Assembly (NCBI GenBank): GCA_910577115.1
Contig: CAJTMC010000002.1
Coordinates: 33,559-97,558, forward strand
Direction: 5' to 3'
DNA length: 64,000 bases
Source of the DNA: an uncultured Lachnospiraceae bacterium
GTDB lineage: Bacteria; Bacillota; Clostridia; Lachnospirales; Lachnospiraceae
Position 1 is the stretch's first letter. Each line of letters starts with the position of its first letter. Shown here piece by piece: positions 41,449 through 51,703 of the stretch. The notes beneath the pieces were generated by a model that searched no databases, was not told where the DNA came from, and saw only the letters and a program-made list of their open reading frames with translations. A program made the position numbers and the translations under genes.

Positions 41449-43553
41449 CTGCTATTCAACTCCTGCTCTTTGTTGATGACCAACGCATAACTTCCCGCAA
41501 CGGCCACGGTTCTGCACCGCTCAGCCACGCGCAGATCCTCTTCAAGATATCGTTTATGGATAATATAATATGCGTCTTCGTCAAAAGTCATATCATTTAC
41601 ATGCGTCATTGTAATTTCCGTATCCCGAAGCATAAACTGAATCACTGCCGCCTGCTTATAGGTAAGGTAATCCTCCGCAAAATAAACAGGCGCATCTTTT
41701 CCCAAAATCTCTATCCATGCCGTAATCTCCGGCATTGCACCCTGCTGCTTTTGATTTCTTACAACGACATAGTTATCAACAATGGCATTTGCCAGATAAA
41801 TCCACGCAAACACAGGTATGAGAAGCGCCAAAATTCCCCTTGCCATTGCTGCCCTGTGTGATTTGATAAAGCTGCTCCCCGCTTTGCATACAATAAAAAA
41901 TGCGGCCGCAAGTTCCAGCACATATTGCGATAAAACGCGGATTCTTCCATACGGCACTTCATAATTCCATATCACGCGTCCAAACATGACACTGTGCGCA
42001 AGCTCAAACTCTGTCCTTTTGAGTGTATCAATTGCATATTGGCAAAACCACGCCGCCGCAAGAAACATAATCAAACTCACGATGGCGGTTATATACCACC
42101 GCTTTTCCCGAATCAATATATTGAAGCTGTACAACAGGATAATTCCAATTACAAACTCATGGTATCTGCCATTTACAAGATCATCATTTTTAAAGAATCC
42201 CTCTTTATAAATCGCGCAAATCATAAATGTTCCAAACCATGCCAAAAATACGCCCATATACCATATTCTGTCATCCAGATTGTCCGACACACACTGCATT
42301 CCGACAGCTTCTCTGCCTTTTATGGCTGCAATAAACCGCTTTATACCGTCTGCAAGCATCAGGAAAAAATTAACAAAAAGATTTCGCATTCCCCAGCAAA
42401 TCACAAGCCCTGTTGAAGCCGCCAGATAAAACCACTTTCCCACAATACTTGTTCCCAGCCTTATCAAACCTCTTTTGGAAAAGATGCCCTTTACCTTATC
42501 CCATTGACCAGCAAAGTCATTCATGGCAATTTTATCCGGCACATCAGCTTGCGCCGCATTGAGGTCCCCGCCCTGTGTCACAATATATGCCACGGCAATT
42601 ACGACTCCCACTGCTGCCACGCAGAGCACCAGCCTTGTCTTTCCTTTGTCAATCAAATGCAAAAGCACAAATAAGACAATACCTGCCACAAGAATAAGCG
42701 CAGACTTTTTGGTAAAAATGTATTGTACGCTGTCCGTCAATCCGCTCCATGCATTCCCTCTATAGCACACATTCTGTAAAGTTCCTTTCACCATTGCGTG
42801 GAACAGACTGCACACATAAAGGGCTATTCCAAACGCCGCTGTATGTTTGAGCGTGTTTTTTCTGATGAGCCGCAAATAAAGTACAACGAAAACGGACGTC
42901 AAAAGGATTGCAAGCGAACGTTGGTGAACTGTATAAATATAAAATGCAGTCACTGCATATGCCACATGATTTATCGCTTTCGGCGCATCTGTCACCCGCA
43001 TCATAACATACAGAAAAATCCAGAATACCAGATTTAATGTACACTCCGTAAAAGTGATATGCGCGTAAAACAGATTGGAGCTGTAAACCATCACCGCAAA
43101 ACATGCCATACTTCTTACTGCCCAATTGAAGTTCGTCATATATCTTTTGCAGAGCCGAACCGCTATAAAAAAGCCTGTCACCAAAAATGTCACATTCACA
43201 AGCTGGGCAGCCTGATAGGTCTGTGCCCATGTCAGCGCGCGCCATTTTGAGAGCAGCCTGATTGGTGCAAGCACAAGACTGTATCCATAAGAATAATATG
43301 CAATCTTACTTGTAATCGACGACCAGTTGCTTCCTGTAAAAAAAGCGCTGTTCGACCAATACCCGTACTCATCGTCAAGCAGAATTGGCATGATGCTTTC
43401 CTGTATTCTGTATGTACCTGCCATAAAGAGCGCGACCGCAAGAACGCACTGAAATAAGACTTCCCTATGTGCTATAAGGAAGTCTCTTATCATCAATAAA
43501 ACAGGTTTATCCGGATGTGCAATTTTTAAGCGCCTTACTTTTTCACTCATCAT
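41418..43553 (-). CDS. Polytopic membrane protein, probable GT-C fold glycosyltransferase
   Basis: Many TM segments; acidic LDDEYGY motif after the first TM; GRY motif. Confidence 0.55.
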   Translation of the reverse strand: MMSEKVRRLKIAHPDKPVLLMIRDFLIAHREVLFQCVLAVALFMAGTYRIQESIMPILLDDEYGYWSNSAFFTGSNWSSITSKIAYYSYGYSLVLAPIRLLSKWRALTWAQTYQAAQLVNVTFLVTGFFIAVRLCKRYMTNFNWAVRSMACFAVMVYSSNLFYAHITFTECTLNLVFWIFLYVMMRVTDAPKAINHVAYAVTAFYIYTVHQRSLAILLTSVFVVLYLRLIRKNTLKHTAAFGIALYVCSLFHAMVKGTLQNVCYRGNAWSGLTDSVQYIFTKKSALILVAGIVLFVLLHLIDKGKTRLVLCVAAVGVVIAVAYIVTQGGDLNAAQADVPDKIAMNDFAGQWDKVKGIFSKRGLIRLGTSIVGKWFYLAASTGLVICWGMRNLFVNFFLMLADGIKRFIAAIKGREAVGMQCVSDNLDDRIWYMGVFLAWFGTFMICAIYKEGFFKNDDLVNGRYHEFVIGIILLYSFNILIREKRWYITAIVSLIMFLAAAWFCQYAIDTLKRTEFELAHSVMFGRVIWNYEVPYGRIRVLSQYVLELAAAFFIVCKAGSSFIKSHRAAMARGILALLIPVFAWIYLANAIVDNYVVVRNQKQQGAMPEITAWIEILGKDAPVYFAEDYLTYKQAAVIQFMLRDTEITMTHVNDMTFDEDAYYIIHKRYLEEDLRVAERCRTVAVAGSYALVINKEQELNSRWEYYESVFQ

Positions 43554-43560
43554 TGTCTTT

Positions 43561-44655
43561 TTATATCTCAGCTCTCACACAATTTAATGCAGACTCAATG
43601 ACATCATCCATGTCATAATATTGATACTGACCGAGTCGTCCGCCAAAAATAACACTCGTTTCCTTATCAGCAAGTTCTTTATATTCCTTATAAAGGCAAT
43701 TGTTTTTCTCGTCATTCATCGGGTAATACGGCTCCATCCCACGTACCCACTGCCGCGGATATTCTCTTGTAATGACTGTTTTGGGCTGAGTACCGAACTC
43801 AAAATGCTTATGCTCTATAATACGCGTGTATGGTGTCTCATAGTCCGTATAATTCACCACTGCATTCCCCTGATGGTTTTCCTCGTTGAGAATCTCCGTC
43901 TCAAATTGAAGACCTCTGTACTCCAGCTCACCGAGACGATAGTCAAAATACGCATCTATCATGCCTGTAAATACAATCTTTTTTGCCTCTGCTCTAAGCG
44001 GTTCCCTGTGTTCAAAGAAATCCACGCCAAGCCTCACGTCAATTCGCTCAAGCATTTTTTCAACAATCCCCGTATAGCCCCCAATCGGTATCCCCTGATA
44101 CGTGTCATTGAAATAATTATTATCATATGTGAATCTTACCGGCAAACGCTTTATAATAAAGGCAGGCAGCTCTGTCGCCTTTTTTCCCCATTGCTTTTCG
44201 GTATATCCTTTTACAAGCTTCTCATATATATCTTTTCCGACAAGAGAAATCGCCTGTTCCTCAAGATTTTCAGGGTTTTCAATATGGCATTCTTTTTTTT
44301 GCTCCTCTATTTTTTCCCTTGCCTCTGACGGCGTCACAACACCCCACATTTTGTTGAAGGTGTACATATTAAAGGGCATACTGTAAATCTCACCATGAAA
44401 ATTTGCCACAGGGCTGTTTGTGTACCGGTTAAACTCTGCAAACTGCTGTACATACTCCCATACCTCGCGGTTACTTGTGTGGAAAATGTGCGCGCCATAC
44501 CTGTGAACCGCAATTCCCTCAACGTTTTCCGTATAGATATTTCCTCCAATATGTGCGCGCTTATCTATTACAAGACATTTTTTTCCTTTTTTATTTGCTT
44601 CATGCGCAAATACTGCGCCGAAAAGACCGGCTCCTACAATTAAATAGTCGTACAT
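43561..44655 (-). CDS. glf: UDP-galactopyranose mutase
   Basis: YDYLIVGAGLFG, HRYGAHIFHT, YTRIIEHKHF, EPYYP, GGRLGQYQYYDM. Confidence 0.97.
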   Translation of the reverse strand: MYDYLIVGAGLFGAVFAHEANKKGKKCLVIDKRAHIGGNIYTENVEGIAVHRYGAHIFHTSNREVWEYVQQFAEFNRYTNSPVANFHGEIYSMPFNMYTFNKMWGVVTPSEAREKIEEQKKECHIENPENLEEQAISLVGKDIYEKLVKGYTEKQWGKKATELPAFIIKRLPVRFTYDNNYFNDTYQGIPIGGYTGIVEKMLERIDVRLGVDFFEHREPLRAEAKKIVFTGMIDAYFDYRLGELEYRGLQFETEILNEENHQGNAVVNYTDYETPYTRIIEHKHFEFGTQPKTVITREYPRQWVRGMEPYYPMNDEKNNCLYKEYKELADKETSVIFGGRLGQYQYYDMDDVIESALNCVRAEI

Positions 44656-44766
44656 TTGTTTCTCCTTAATTATACTTGCTTTTTCCATTATGAATGATTA
44701 CCGTTCTTTAGTATAGCAAGAAACATGAAATAATACAATGGATTATTGAAAGCAGGTTATCTATGG

Positions 44767-46452
44767 TTACCCTATCAGCACCTGCTTGCCCTCAAATGCA
44801 AAACCGTACTTTCGTATGCGCTCCGGCGCAATGCCTTTTGCCTCCAATGCGGCAGTATATCGTTTTTCTTCAATTTGTCGAAGCGCCGATTTTACTGTAT
44901 CCTGAAGCGTTTTTTCGTCCTCCGCGTCATGTACCTTAAACTCTAAAAGAATTGCATCGTCTTGTTCGCTCTTCGGTTCAAGCATCACGTCATACCGCCC
45001 AAATCCGCTCTCACCATTTGAAGTAATCGTATATCTGTTTGACAGCTCTATCATCAGCCCTAACACAAAACCATGATAAAAACGCTCCGGCTCCGTTCTT
45101 TTTGACGGTTTATTTCCCGTATCAAAATTGCTGAATGTCGCAAGCGCCACTCCGTTCATATAATAGTTCATAGCCTTTTTGTCATCCGCCAGCAGCGCCT
45201 TGATAAAGTCATTATATTCCGGCGCATAATTCTTAAACCAGCCCTCTATCATTTTTCGAAACATCAGCCTCACTTCTTTATTTGTGAGTTTTAATTCATA
45301 CTCCTCCTCACCTGTATCACTGTCTATCGCATAGTTTTCTACCTTTAAATATCCGCTTGCAAGCAGCAGGCTCCAGATTGCATATTCGTTGTGATCAAGT
45401 TGGTTCAATACGATCTGTTCGTCAATTTTTGTGTGTAATGTTCCGCCGTTCAAGAGATTTTCCATATTCATCTTAACGTCCTTGCTTCCCTCACGAATCA
45501 GCTTTCCTACAAGGCTGTTTGAACTTGTGTTTGCCCAGTAAACCGAAAATTTGTTTTTATCCAAAAAGTTTATAATTGACCAAGGATTATAAATGTCTGT
45601 ACTTGTCCCAAAAGTAAATCCGTCATACCAGTCCTTAACGTTTCCTTCCATTTCGGACAGCCTGTATTCCCGCAGCCCTTCGGACACTTCGTTTTGTGTA
45701 AAACCAAATGAATCCGCATATTTATTTGATGTTGTGGTTATCACTTCCAGATTATTTAGGTCGGAAAATACAGACTCCTTACTGACTCTTGTGATTCCTG
45801 TCATAATAGCTCTGTCAAAATAGGGATTTGTCTTAAATGTAGCATTAAACAAATTTCGAATAAAAGCAACGATTTCGTCCCAATACCCGTTTACATACGC
45901 TTCCTGCATCGGCGTATCGTACTCATCAAGCAGAATCACAGGCTTTTTCCCATAATATCGCAGCACAAAATCACTCAGTTTATGCAGTGCGATTACTGCA
46001 TCCGTATCCGTCATTTTCTCCGAAATCCTGTCAAAATATTCCCTGTCTTTTTCTGTAAGGACACTGCTGTTTCTCAAAAACATACGTTTAATATACAAGT
46101 CCGTAAGTATCTGACAGATTCTTATTTTTGTTTTTTCATATGTATTTTCTTTTACATTCGCAAAACTCAACGCAATAACAGGAATGGTTCCCTGAAGCGC
46201 TCTGTACTTCTCGTCCTTCCATATGTCCAGCTCTTCAAATAAGTCACTGCGATTTGCATACTCTATGGAAAAAAACTGCTCCACCATGCTCATATTGAGT
46301 GTTTTCCCAAAACGGCGCGGGCGGGTAATCAGCGTCACGCTGTCGCCGTTTTCCCACCATTCCTTGATAAAACTCGTTTTGTCAATGTAGAAATAATGGT
46401 TTGTGATAATTGTTTCAAAGTCCTGACTTCCGATGCTGATAGTTCTTGGCAT
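44767..46452 (-). CDS. AAA-ATPase-like plus PD-(D/E)XK (PDDEXK_9-type) protein
   Basis: [39 protein letters not shown]...LEFK. Confidence 0.92.
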   Translation of the reverse strand: MPRTISIGSQDFETIITNHYFYIDKTSFIKEWWENGDSVTLITRPRRFGKTLNMSMVEQFFSIEYANRSDLFEELDIWKDEKYRALQGTIPVIALSFANVKENTYEKTKIRICQILTDLYIKRMFLRNSSVLTEKDREYFDRISEKMTDTDAVIALHKLSDFVLRYYGKKPVILLDEYDTPMQEAYVNGYWDEIVAFIRNLFNATFKTNPYFDRAIMTGITRVSKESVFSDLNNLEVITTTSNKYADSFGFTQNEVSEGLREYRLSEMEGNVKDWYDGFTFGTSTDIYNPWSIINFLDKNKFSVYWANTSSNSLVGKLIREGSKDVKMNMENLLNGGTLHTKIDEQIVLNQLDHNEYAIWSLLLASGYLKVENYAIDSDTGEEEYELKLTNKEVRLMFRKMIEGWFKNYAPEYNDFIKALLADDKKAMNYYMNGVALATFSNFDTGNKPSKRTEPERFYHGFVLGLMIELSNRYTITSNGESGFGRYDVMLEPKSEQDDAILLEFKVHDAEDEKTLQDTVKSALRQIEEKRYTAALEAKGIAPERIRKYGFAFEGKQVLIG

Positions 46453-46542
46453 GTGTTGTATCTCCTTGATTGTTGTTTCAACTTATCGTAACACAAAAAA
46501 CACTCTTATAAAACACCTGTTTTACAATTTACATGCTTAACA

Positions 46543-48426
46543 TTATTTTGCATACACATCACTGAGCAGCCAGCTCAGCTCACGAACATCATTAGATGTA
46601 CTTTTCATTTCAAAATTAGAACGAATTGACACAGAGTGTTGTGCGTTTGGCGAAACCTTTAAAACGATTTCCGTATCAGTTCCCGTTAAATTATACATTT
46701 CACTTGTACTATTATCTACGGATACATCTAATATGAATGTCTCTCCTTCTTCAAATTCCGGATAATACACTCTCATATTGATAGTCCCCTCGTCACCGGA
46801 CTGTATATAAAAACTACAATTTTTTTGGCACCACCAATCATCATAAACTCCGTAATTTATGCCCATTGCTTCTTTGAAGCTCCCAGCCTTTTTCCTTTTT
46901 ATTTTATAAACATAATTATTATCACGTTGTTGTATCAATTCAGTATCATATTGATTCATAATATTGTTTAAACTATTTTTGTCAAGTTCAGCCCAATAAA
47001 AATCAACTACTAAATATGCATTTTCTTCTATTTCTTTATTTTCAATGTTATAGAATGTAGAATCTGACATATAAGCCATTACCGGTGCCTGCCACCAACC
47101 ATAACCATAAAAAACAGCATGATCGGTAGTCTGTTTGATATCTTTTATCGTATTTGCTAAGTCTTGCATGTTTGCACGCGAATGTCTGTCTATTCTATCT
47201 ATTTGGTTTAATAATCCACCCCCTAAAACGGTGAATGATACCAACAAAACAGTATACTTCAATATCATTTTAAGGATTTCAGGATTATGTTTCCTCAATA
47301 TCCATCTAATCATGTAATATATATCATTACATATAACAATATTTAATAAAACGACTCCTGCTACTATTCTCCTAGCCCAAGCCATCTCTGTTGAAGATAT
47401 AATAAGCCACCAGCCAAAATAACTAAACATAACTAAAACTATTATATTCGAATAGCTGTGTTGACGGTTTATAAAAAAATTAATTATCCAAGCTACAAAT
47501 GTAAACAATAAGATCACAAATATCGTAAATCTATTATAAAATCCAAATTGTTGTGTAAAAATACCCAAGTGTAACCAAAATTTTTCAAACAAATTGGCGG
47601 TATCTGCATACTTATTTCCCATACCGGATTGATTAAAAACATCTAATAATTCTATTTTCCAACCATTAATATATGCCCCTAATCCTCCCATCTGTATAAA
47701 ATGAAATATTTCAAACAATATAAGCGGAATGATAAATGCTATAAACCATGTTTTCAAAGTTTTTATTGATAAATCTTTGTCTACCGCAACTCTATATAAA
47801 AACAAAAATAGAAATGAGGGTAACGCCAGTAAAATTACGGTTTTATTCAAAAATGCCATAGAATAAAATATTCCTGAATACACCACAAATCTTTTTTCTT
47901 TGTTTTCTTCAAAAATGAGCAACATCCATACAGAACATAAAAAAAGCGCTACTGTTGGAATTTCACCATATATCCCCCATGCCCAATCCGTAAATTGTGG
48001 CATAGCCAAAATAGAAACTACTATACTGTAGCGTATAATTTGAGGAATCCCTAAATATTTACTGATATTCCAAACAGCTACGACTAACAACACTACATAT
48101 GCTGCATTAACAGAAAGCGCAGCTGTTGTATTAATGCCAAATATTCTCCATAACAAATATATTGGAAACAGCACTGGAGCTTTTGTTTGAATTTTATTAT
48201 CAAATAATTTCCCACCATCCCAAGTAGTCATATATTTTCCAGTGTTCAACATTGATTGTGGTACTTGAAGATTCATAGCGCCATCAAATGATGGCAAAGT
48301 CCAAACACAATACTGTAATAAATACCCTCCAAAAATAAAAATTGATAAGACAATCACAACCTTATACAAATCTTTATACACTTTTTTCATATTTTCCATT
48401 CTATTAGTCATCTCCGTCAAATTCAC
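46543..48426 (-). CDS. ArnT/PMT-like GT-C membrane glycosyltransferase
   Basis: SFDGAMN acidic motif after the first TM, YGEIP, multiple TM segments, soluble beta-rich C-terminus. Confidence 0.65.
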   Translation of the reverse strand: MNLTEMTNRMENMKKVYKDLYKVVIVLSIFIFGGYLLQYCVWTLPSFDGAMNLQVPQSMLNTGKYMTTWDGGKLFDNKIQTKAPVLFPIYLLWRIFGINTTAALSVNAAYVVLLVVAVWNISKYLGIPQIIRYSIVVSILAMPQFTDWAWGIYGEIPTVALFLCSVWMLLIFEENKEKRFVVYSGIFYSMAFLNKTVILLALPSFLFLFLYRVAVDKDLSIKTLKTWFIAFIIPLILFEIFHFIQMGGLGAYINGWKIELLDVFNQSGMGNKYADTANLFEKFWLHLGIFTQQFGFYNRFTIFVILLFTFVAWIINFFINRQHSYSNIIVLVMFSYFGWWLIISSTEMAWARRIVAGVVLLNIVICNDIYYMIRWILRKHNPEILKMILKYTVLLVSFTVLGGGLLNQIDRIDRHSRANMQDLANTIKDIKQTTDHAVFYGYGWWQAPVMAYMSDSTFYNIENKEIEENAYLVVDFYWAELDKNSLNNIMNQYDTELIQQRDNNYVYKIKRKKAGSFKEAMGINYGVYDDWWCQKNCSFYIQSGDEGTINMRVYYPEFEEGETFILDVSVDNSTSEMYNLTGTDTEIVLKVSPNAQHSVSIRSNFEMKSTSNDVRELSWLLSDVYAK

Positions 48427-48456
48427 AACCTATTAGATTTTGAACCTATCAGCCAC

Positions 48457-49644
48457 TTAATTTTTTGTAAGATACAGCCCAGAATATGTATTAAAACATA
48501 CACTATCTATAACACTACCTTTTTTCTTATCATAAACTACAATATTCAATCCACAATCATTGACAGAATAATCTTCTCCATCAATTTGAATAACTGAATT
48601 ATTACCAACATCAAAATTAGCAGATTCTATATGCAGTGATACTCCAAGTTCATTATTATCGTATGTTAATACATCTGATTTAACATCTTCATAAATAAGA
48701 TTATAACCATCCAATACTGCAATATAGCTTCTATGGACTCCCGCGGTATATAGATTCTTTTCAAGGCCAAGCTGATTCATCTTTGCTACAATTTCATCTG
48801 TCATAGCCTGGCTTGACTCATCTTTTACCGCAAATATAACAATATAGTCCTCATTCCTTAACGCATCCAAATATTCTAACATAAAATCATGATTGATTTT
48901 TACTATGCTTTCCTCATCTTCATTACTTGTTTCATAAATTGATTTCGTTTCCAAATAAAAGGGAATGCTTTTAATTGATGTAGGGTATCCGGCAAAATAC
49001 TGAACTACATGCATCCTTAATTTACGCTCCAAATACCACTCTGAATAAGGTATTGATACCGTTAGGAAAGTTCCATCATAAGAGGTATCCATCTTCCTGT
49101 CATTTATGGTGACGATGCTATTCTCCGTCAGATTTTCTCCTTGTAATATCAGATTCTGAAAAAGACTTCCATCAAAAGACAATATTTCCGGCGAGATCAT
49201 CTTTATCTCAGGAATTTCAATGTCATCGTCTGAAAGGACTGTAAAAACCTTTTTATTAGATTTTGCAAATAAATCGCTATTAATTTTGGTCTGAACCTGT
49301 ATTGAGAAATTTCCTTCAGTATTGTAATAAGACTCCGGTAATCTTATTATCAGGGAATCATCTGCAGCAGAGATAATATTACATCCGCTTTCCCAAACTC
49401 CATTTACATAAACTCCTGTAATATTACCAAAGTTCTCACCGGTTAACACTATGCTCTTATCCGTATTAAAATAACAATTTTGCATAACTTCCGAAGGTGT
49501 AATGTTAGAAATTATTGGTTTCGGCATTAATACTCTTGGCGTTAATATATATAACACCAAACAAAGTAATATGCCTCCGCTGCATAAAACCATTTTTTTA
49601 TGTTTGTTTAAGGCAATCATAATATTCTTCATAGTAGCGTACAT
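48457..49644 (-). CDS. Membrane-anchored protein with IPT/TIG-like and ILEI/FAM3-like domains
   Basis: One TM; two PxIxxIxP...L.GEN repeats; FAVKDE, RSYIAV and GLNIVVYD motifs; AAAGGA RBS before ATG 49644. Confidence 0.6.
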   Translation of the reverse strand: MYATMKNIMIALNKHKKMVLCSGGILLCLVLYILTPRVLMPKPIISNITPSEVMQNCYFNTDKSIVLTGENFGNITGVYVNGVWESGCNIISAADDSLIIRLPESYYNTEGNFSIQVQTKINSDLFAKSNKKVFTVLSDDDIEIPEIKMISPEILSFDGSLFQNLILQGENLTENSIVTINDRKMDTSYDGTFLTVSIPYSEWYLERKLRMHVVQYFAGYPTSIKSIPFYLETKSIYETSNEDEESIVKINHDFMLEYLDALRNEDYIVIFAVKDESSQAMTDEIVAKMNQLGLEKNLYTAGVHRSYIAVLDGYNLIYEDVKSDVLTYDNNELGVSLHIESANFDVGNNSVIQIDGEDYSVNDCGLNIVVYDKKKGSVIDSVCFNTYSGLYLTKN

Positions 49645-49702
49645 AATTTCGTTTCCTTTTTTCCTGCAGTCCAAAAACTTAAATAAAAAAACAAATGTAT
49701 TC

Positions 49703-51703
49703 CTATCTCTCAAATAATTCATAATACTGTAACGCCTTATATTCATTAAGCTTATCATTCTCTTCACTTATATCATGCCATTTTTCATCCGCAGTTTGAT
49801 ATCCTGCCTGATTAATAATAGGAATTTCTTTCTCCAGATCAAGCAAATACTCCATATATTCTGAATGGATACCTGCTATCTTCAATAAATTAGCGCCTAA
49901 ATAATTAATGCTCATATCTTTGTTTTCGTTGCCCAAATCAAAATCATAATTACCCCAAATAATATATGGCGTAATATACCTTTTTTCAATGTCAGCAATT
50001 TCTGAATATTCCCCCAAAGATGATATAAACACATCATCTAATGCTGGTTGATGATCCCCAAACATGCAAATTAATACCGGATCGTCCTGCTCTGAAAAAT
50101 ATTCCAATAGTTTAATAAATGCCTTGTCAGATTCTCTCATCAAAGTCAGATAATTGATCAAATCTCCATAGTTTTCATATTGTTTTTCGACCGAAATAAG
50201 ATCAATGTCACTCCTTAAAGGTATGTCATATCCTCCATGATTCTGCATTGTAATATTAAACAGAAATAGCGGTTTCGTCTTATTTTCATATAATTGAATA
50301 ATCTGCTCATAATTAAATTCGTCTGAAGCGCCCCAGCTTATATATTGAGCATCGGGCATCTCTTCTTCCGAAATGAATCTGTCAAATCCAAACCAATCAT
50401 AGACTTTTACCCTGTTCCAATTGTCAGCAATATACGGATGCATTGCTATTGTCTCATATCCGCATTCCGAAAAAACCTCTACCAAATTAAATGCTTTTGA
50501 TAAATTCCAGCTCTGATAAGGATATACCCCCGCACTGATATTAGCCATCGAATTTCCTGTCAAAAATTCGAACTCGGAATTACATGTCCCTCCTCCACAA
50601 ACAGATGCATATGTATTTCCACGCATAATATAGGAATCAATACCATAAAAATTGGAAAGGTATTCGTCCGAAGTAATTTCACCTAAAACGCTAAGATCGG
50701 CAAAAGACTCATTCATAATTACAATAACAGTTGGTATTTTATCAAGAGACGCTGTCTCTTGTTTTTTATATGCCCCAAGTATTTCCTGTATCTCTTTATC
50801 TGAATAATTGTTTGGCTTATTCATTTGCATATTCTGCGCACTTATAAGCATAGTAACAGGCGCTCCATTAGAATAAAAACTTTCTACTGGTGCCCAAGCA
50901 TTTATGTATGTCCCGAAAGCATTTTGAATATTAATATGAAATATGATTATCAGTATGGCAATGAAACCTAAACAACCTCCTGCTTGTATTATAAACTGCC
51001 TTCTTTTTTCATGAATTTTTATATCAGCCGGTGTAAAATAAAGCAGGCATGTAAACAAACCTATAAAAACAAGTGTTCCAAAAATAACAGAATCACTAAG
51101 CCAATATGAGTATTGACCTACTACCGTCAATGCCGTCCCGACAGCTGTTAAATCATTAAAAAGAGGGGGGCATCCTTTAAATTCCAGTACATAATAATTG
51201 ATAATCCCATAAATATAACAAAGAAAAGAAACCATAACATATGTCAGCAGCGACTTTGTTGTTATAAGCAGCAACGCTATTGTGATTATCAGAATTAGAA
51301 AATAATTAAGAAGAAACGTTAAGATACTAAGTTCCTTAATTGCCAAATTCCATATTTTCTCTTCCATATACAATGAAACAAGTGGTACAATCAATGCATA
51401 TATCCAAGTCAATTTCCTTCTTTTCGTAAAGTGTCTATGCATTATCTGTACTCTAAAACATAATAAAATGGTTAAAACAAACCATGACAGGCTTACCCAC
51501 ATAAAGCTGTTTGATTTCATGCATATCTTTTGATGTACGTAATTATTCGCAATAATAAAATAACCCAATACACCAATGGCAGCTATTATTGAACGAAGCA
51601 TACATGTAATTATGTTCTCTCTATTTTTTCGAAAGTACTTTTTCAGTATATAGAAATATACGCTTTTCAAATCATATTCTCCTAAAAGTGAATTTTTTTG
51701 CAT
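49703..51703 (-). CDS. LTA synthase family (alkaline phosphatase superfamily) membrane phosphotransferase
   Basis: N-terminal TM segments, IMNESF, GGGTCNSEFEFLTG, TMQNHGGY, FGDHQP. Confidence 0.9.
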   Translation of the reverse strand: MQKNSLLGEYDLKSVYFYILKKYFRKNRENIITCMLRSIIAAIGVLGYFIIANNYVHQKICMKSNSFMWVSLSWFVLTILLCFRVQIMHRHFTKRRKLTWIYALIVPLVSLYMEEKIWNLAIKELSILTFLLNYFLILIITIALLLITTKSLLTYVMVSFLCYIYGIINYYVLEFKGCPPLFNDLTAVGTALTVVGQYSYWLSDSVIFGTLVFIGLFTCLLYFTPADIKIHEKRRQFIIQAGGCLGFIAILIIIFHINIQNAFGTYINAWAPVESFYSNGAPVTMLISAQNMQMNKPNNYSDKEIQEILGAYKKQETASLDKIPTVIVIMNESFADLSVLGEITSDEYLSNFYGIDSYIMRGNTYASVCGGGTCNSEFEFLTGNSMANISAGVYPYQSWNLSKAFNLVEVFSECGYETIAMHPYIADNWNRVKVYDWFGFDRFISEEEMPDAQYISWGASDEFNYEQIIQLYENKTKPLFLFNITMQNHGGYDIPLRSDIDLISVEKQYENYGDLINYLTLMRESDKAFIKLLEYFSEQDDPVLICMFGDHQPALDDVFISSLGEYSEIADIEKRYITPYIIWGNYDFDLGNENKDMSINYLGANLLKIAGIHSEYMEYLLDLEKEIPIINQAGYQTADEKWHDISEENDKLNEYKALQYYELFER

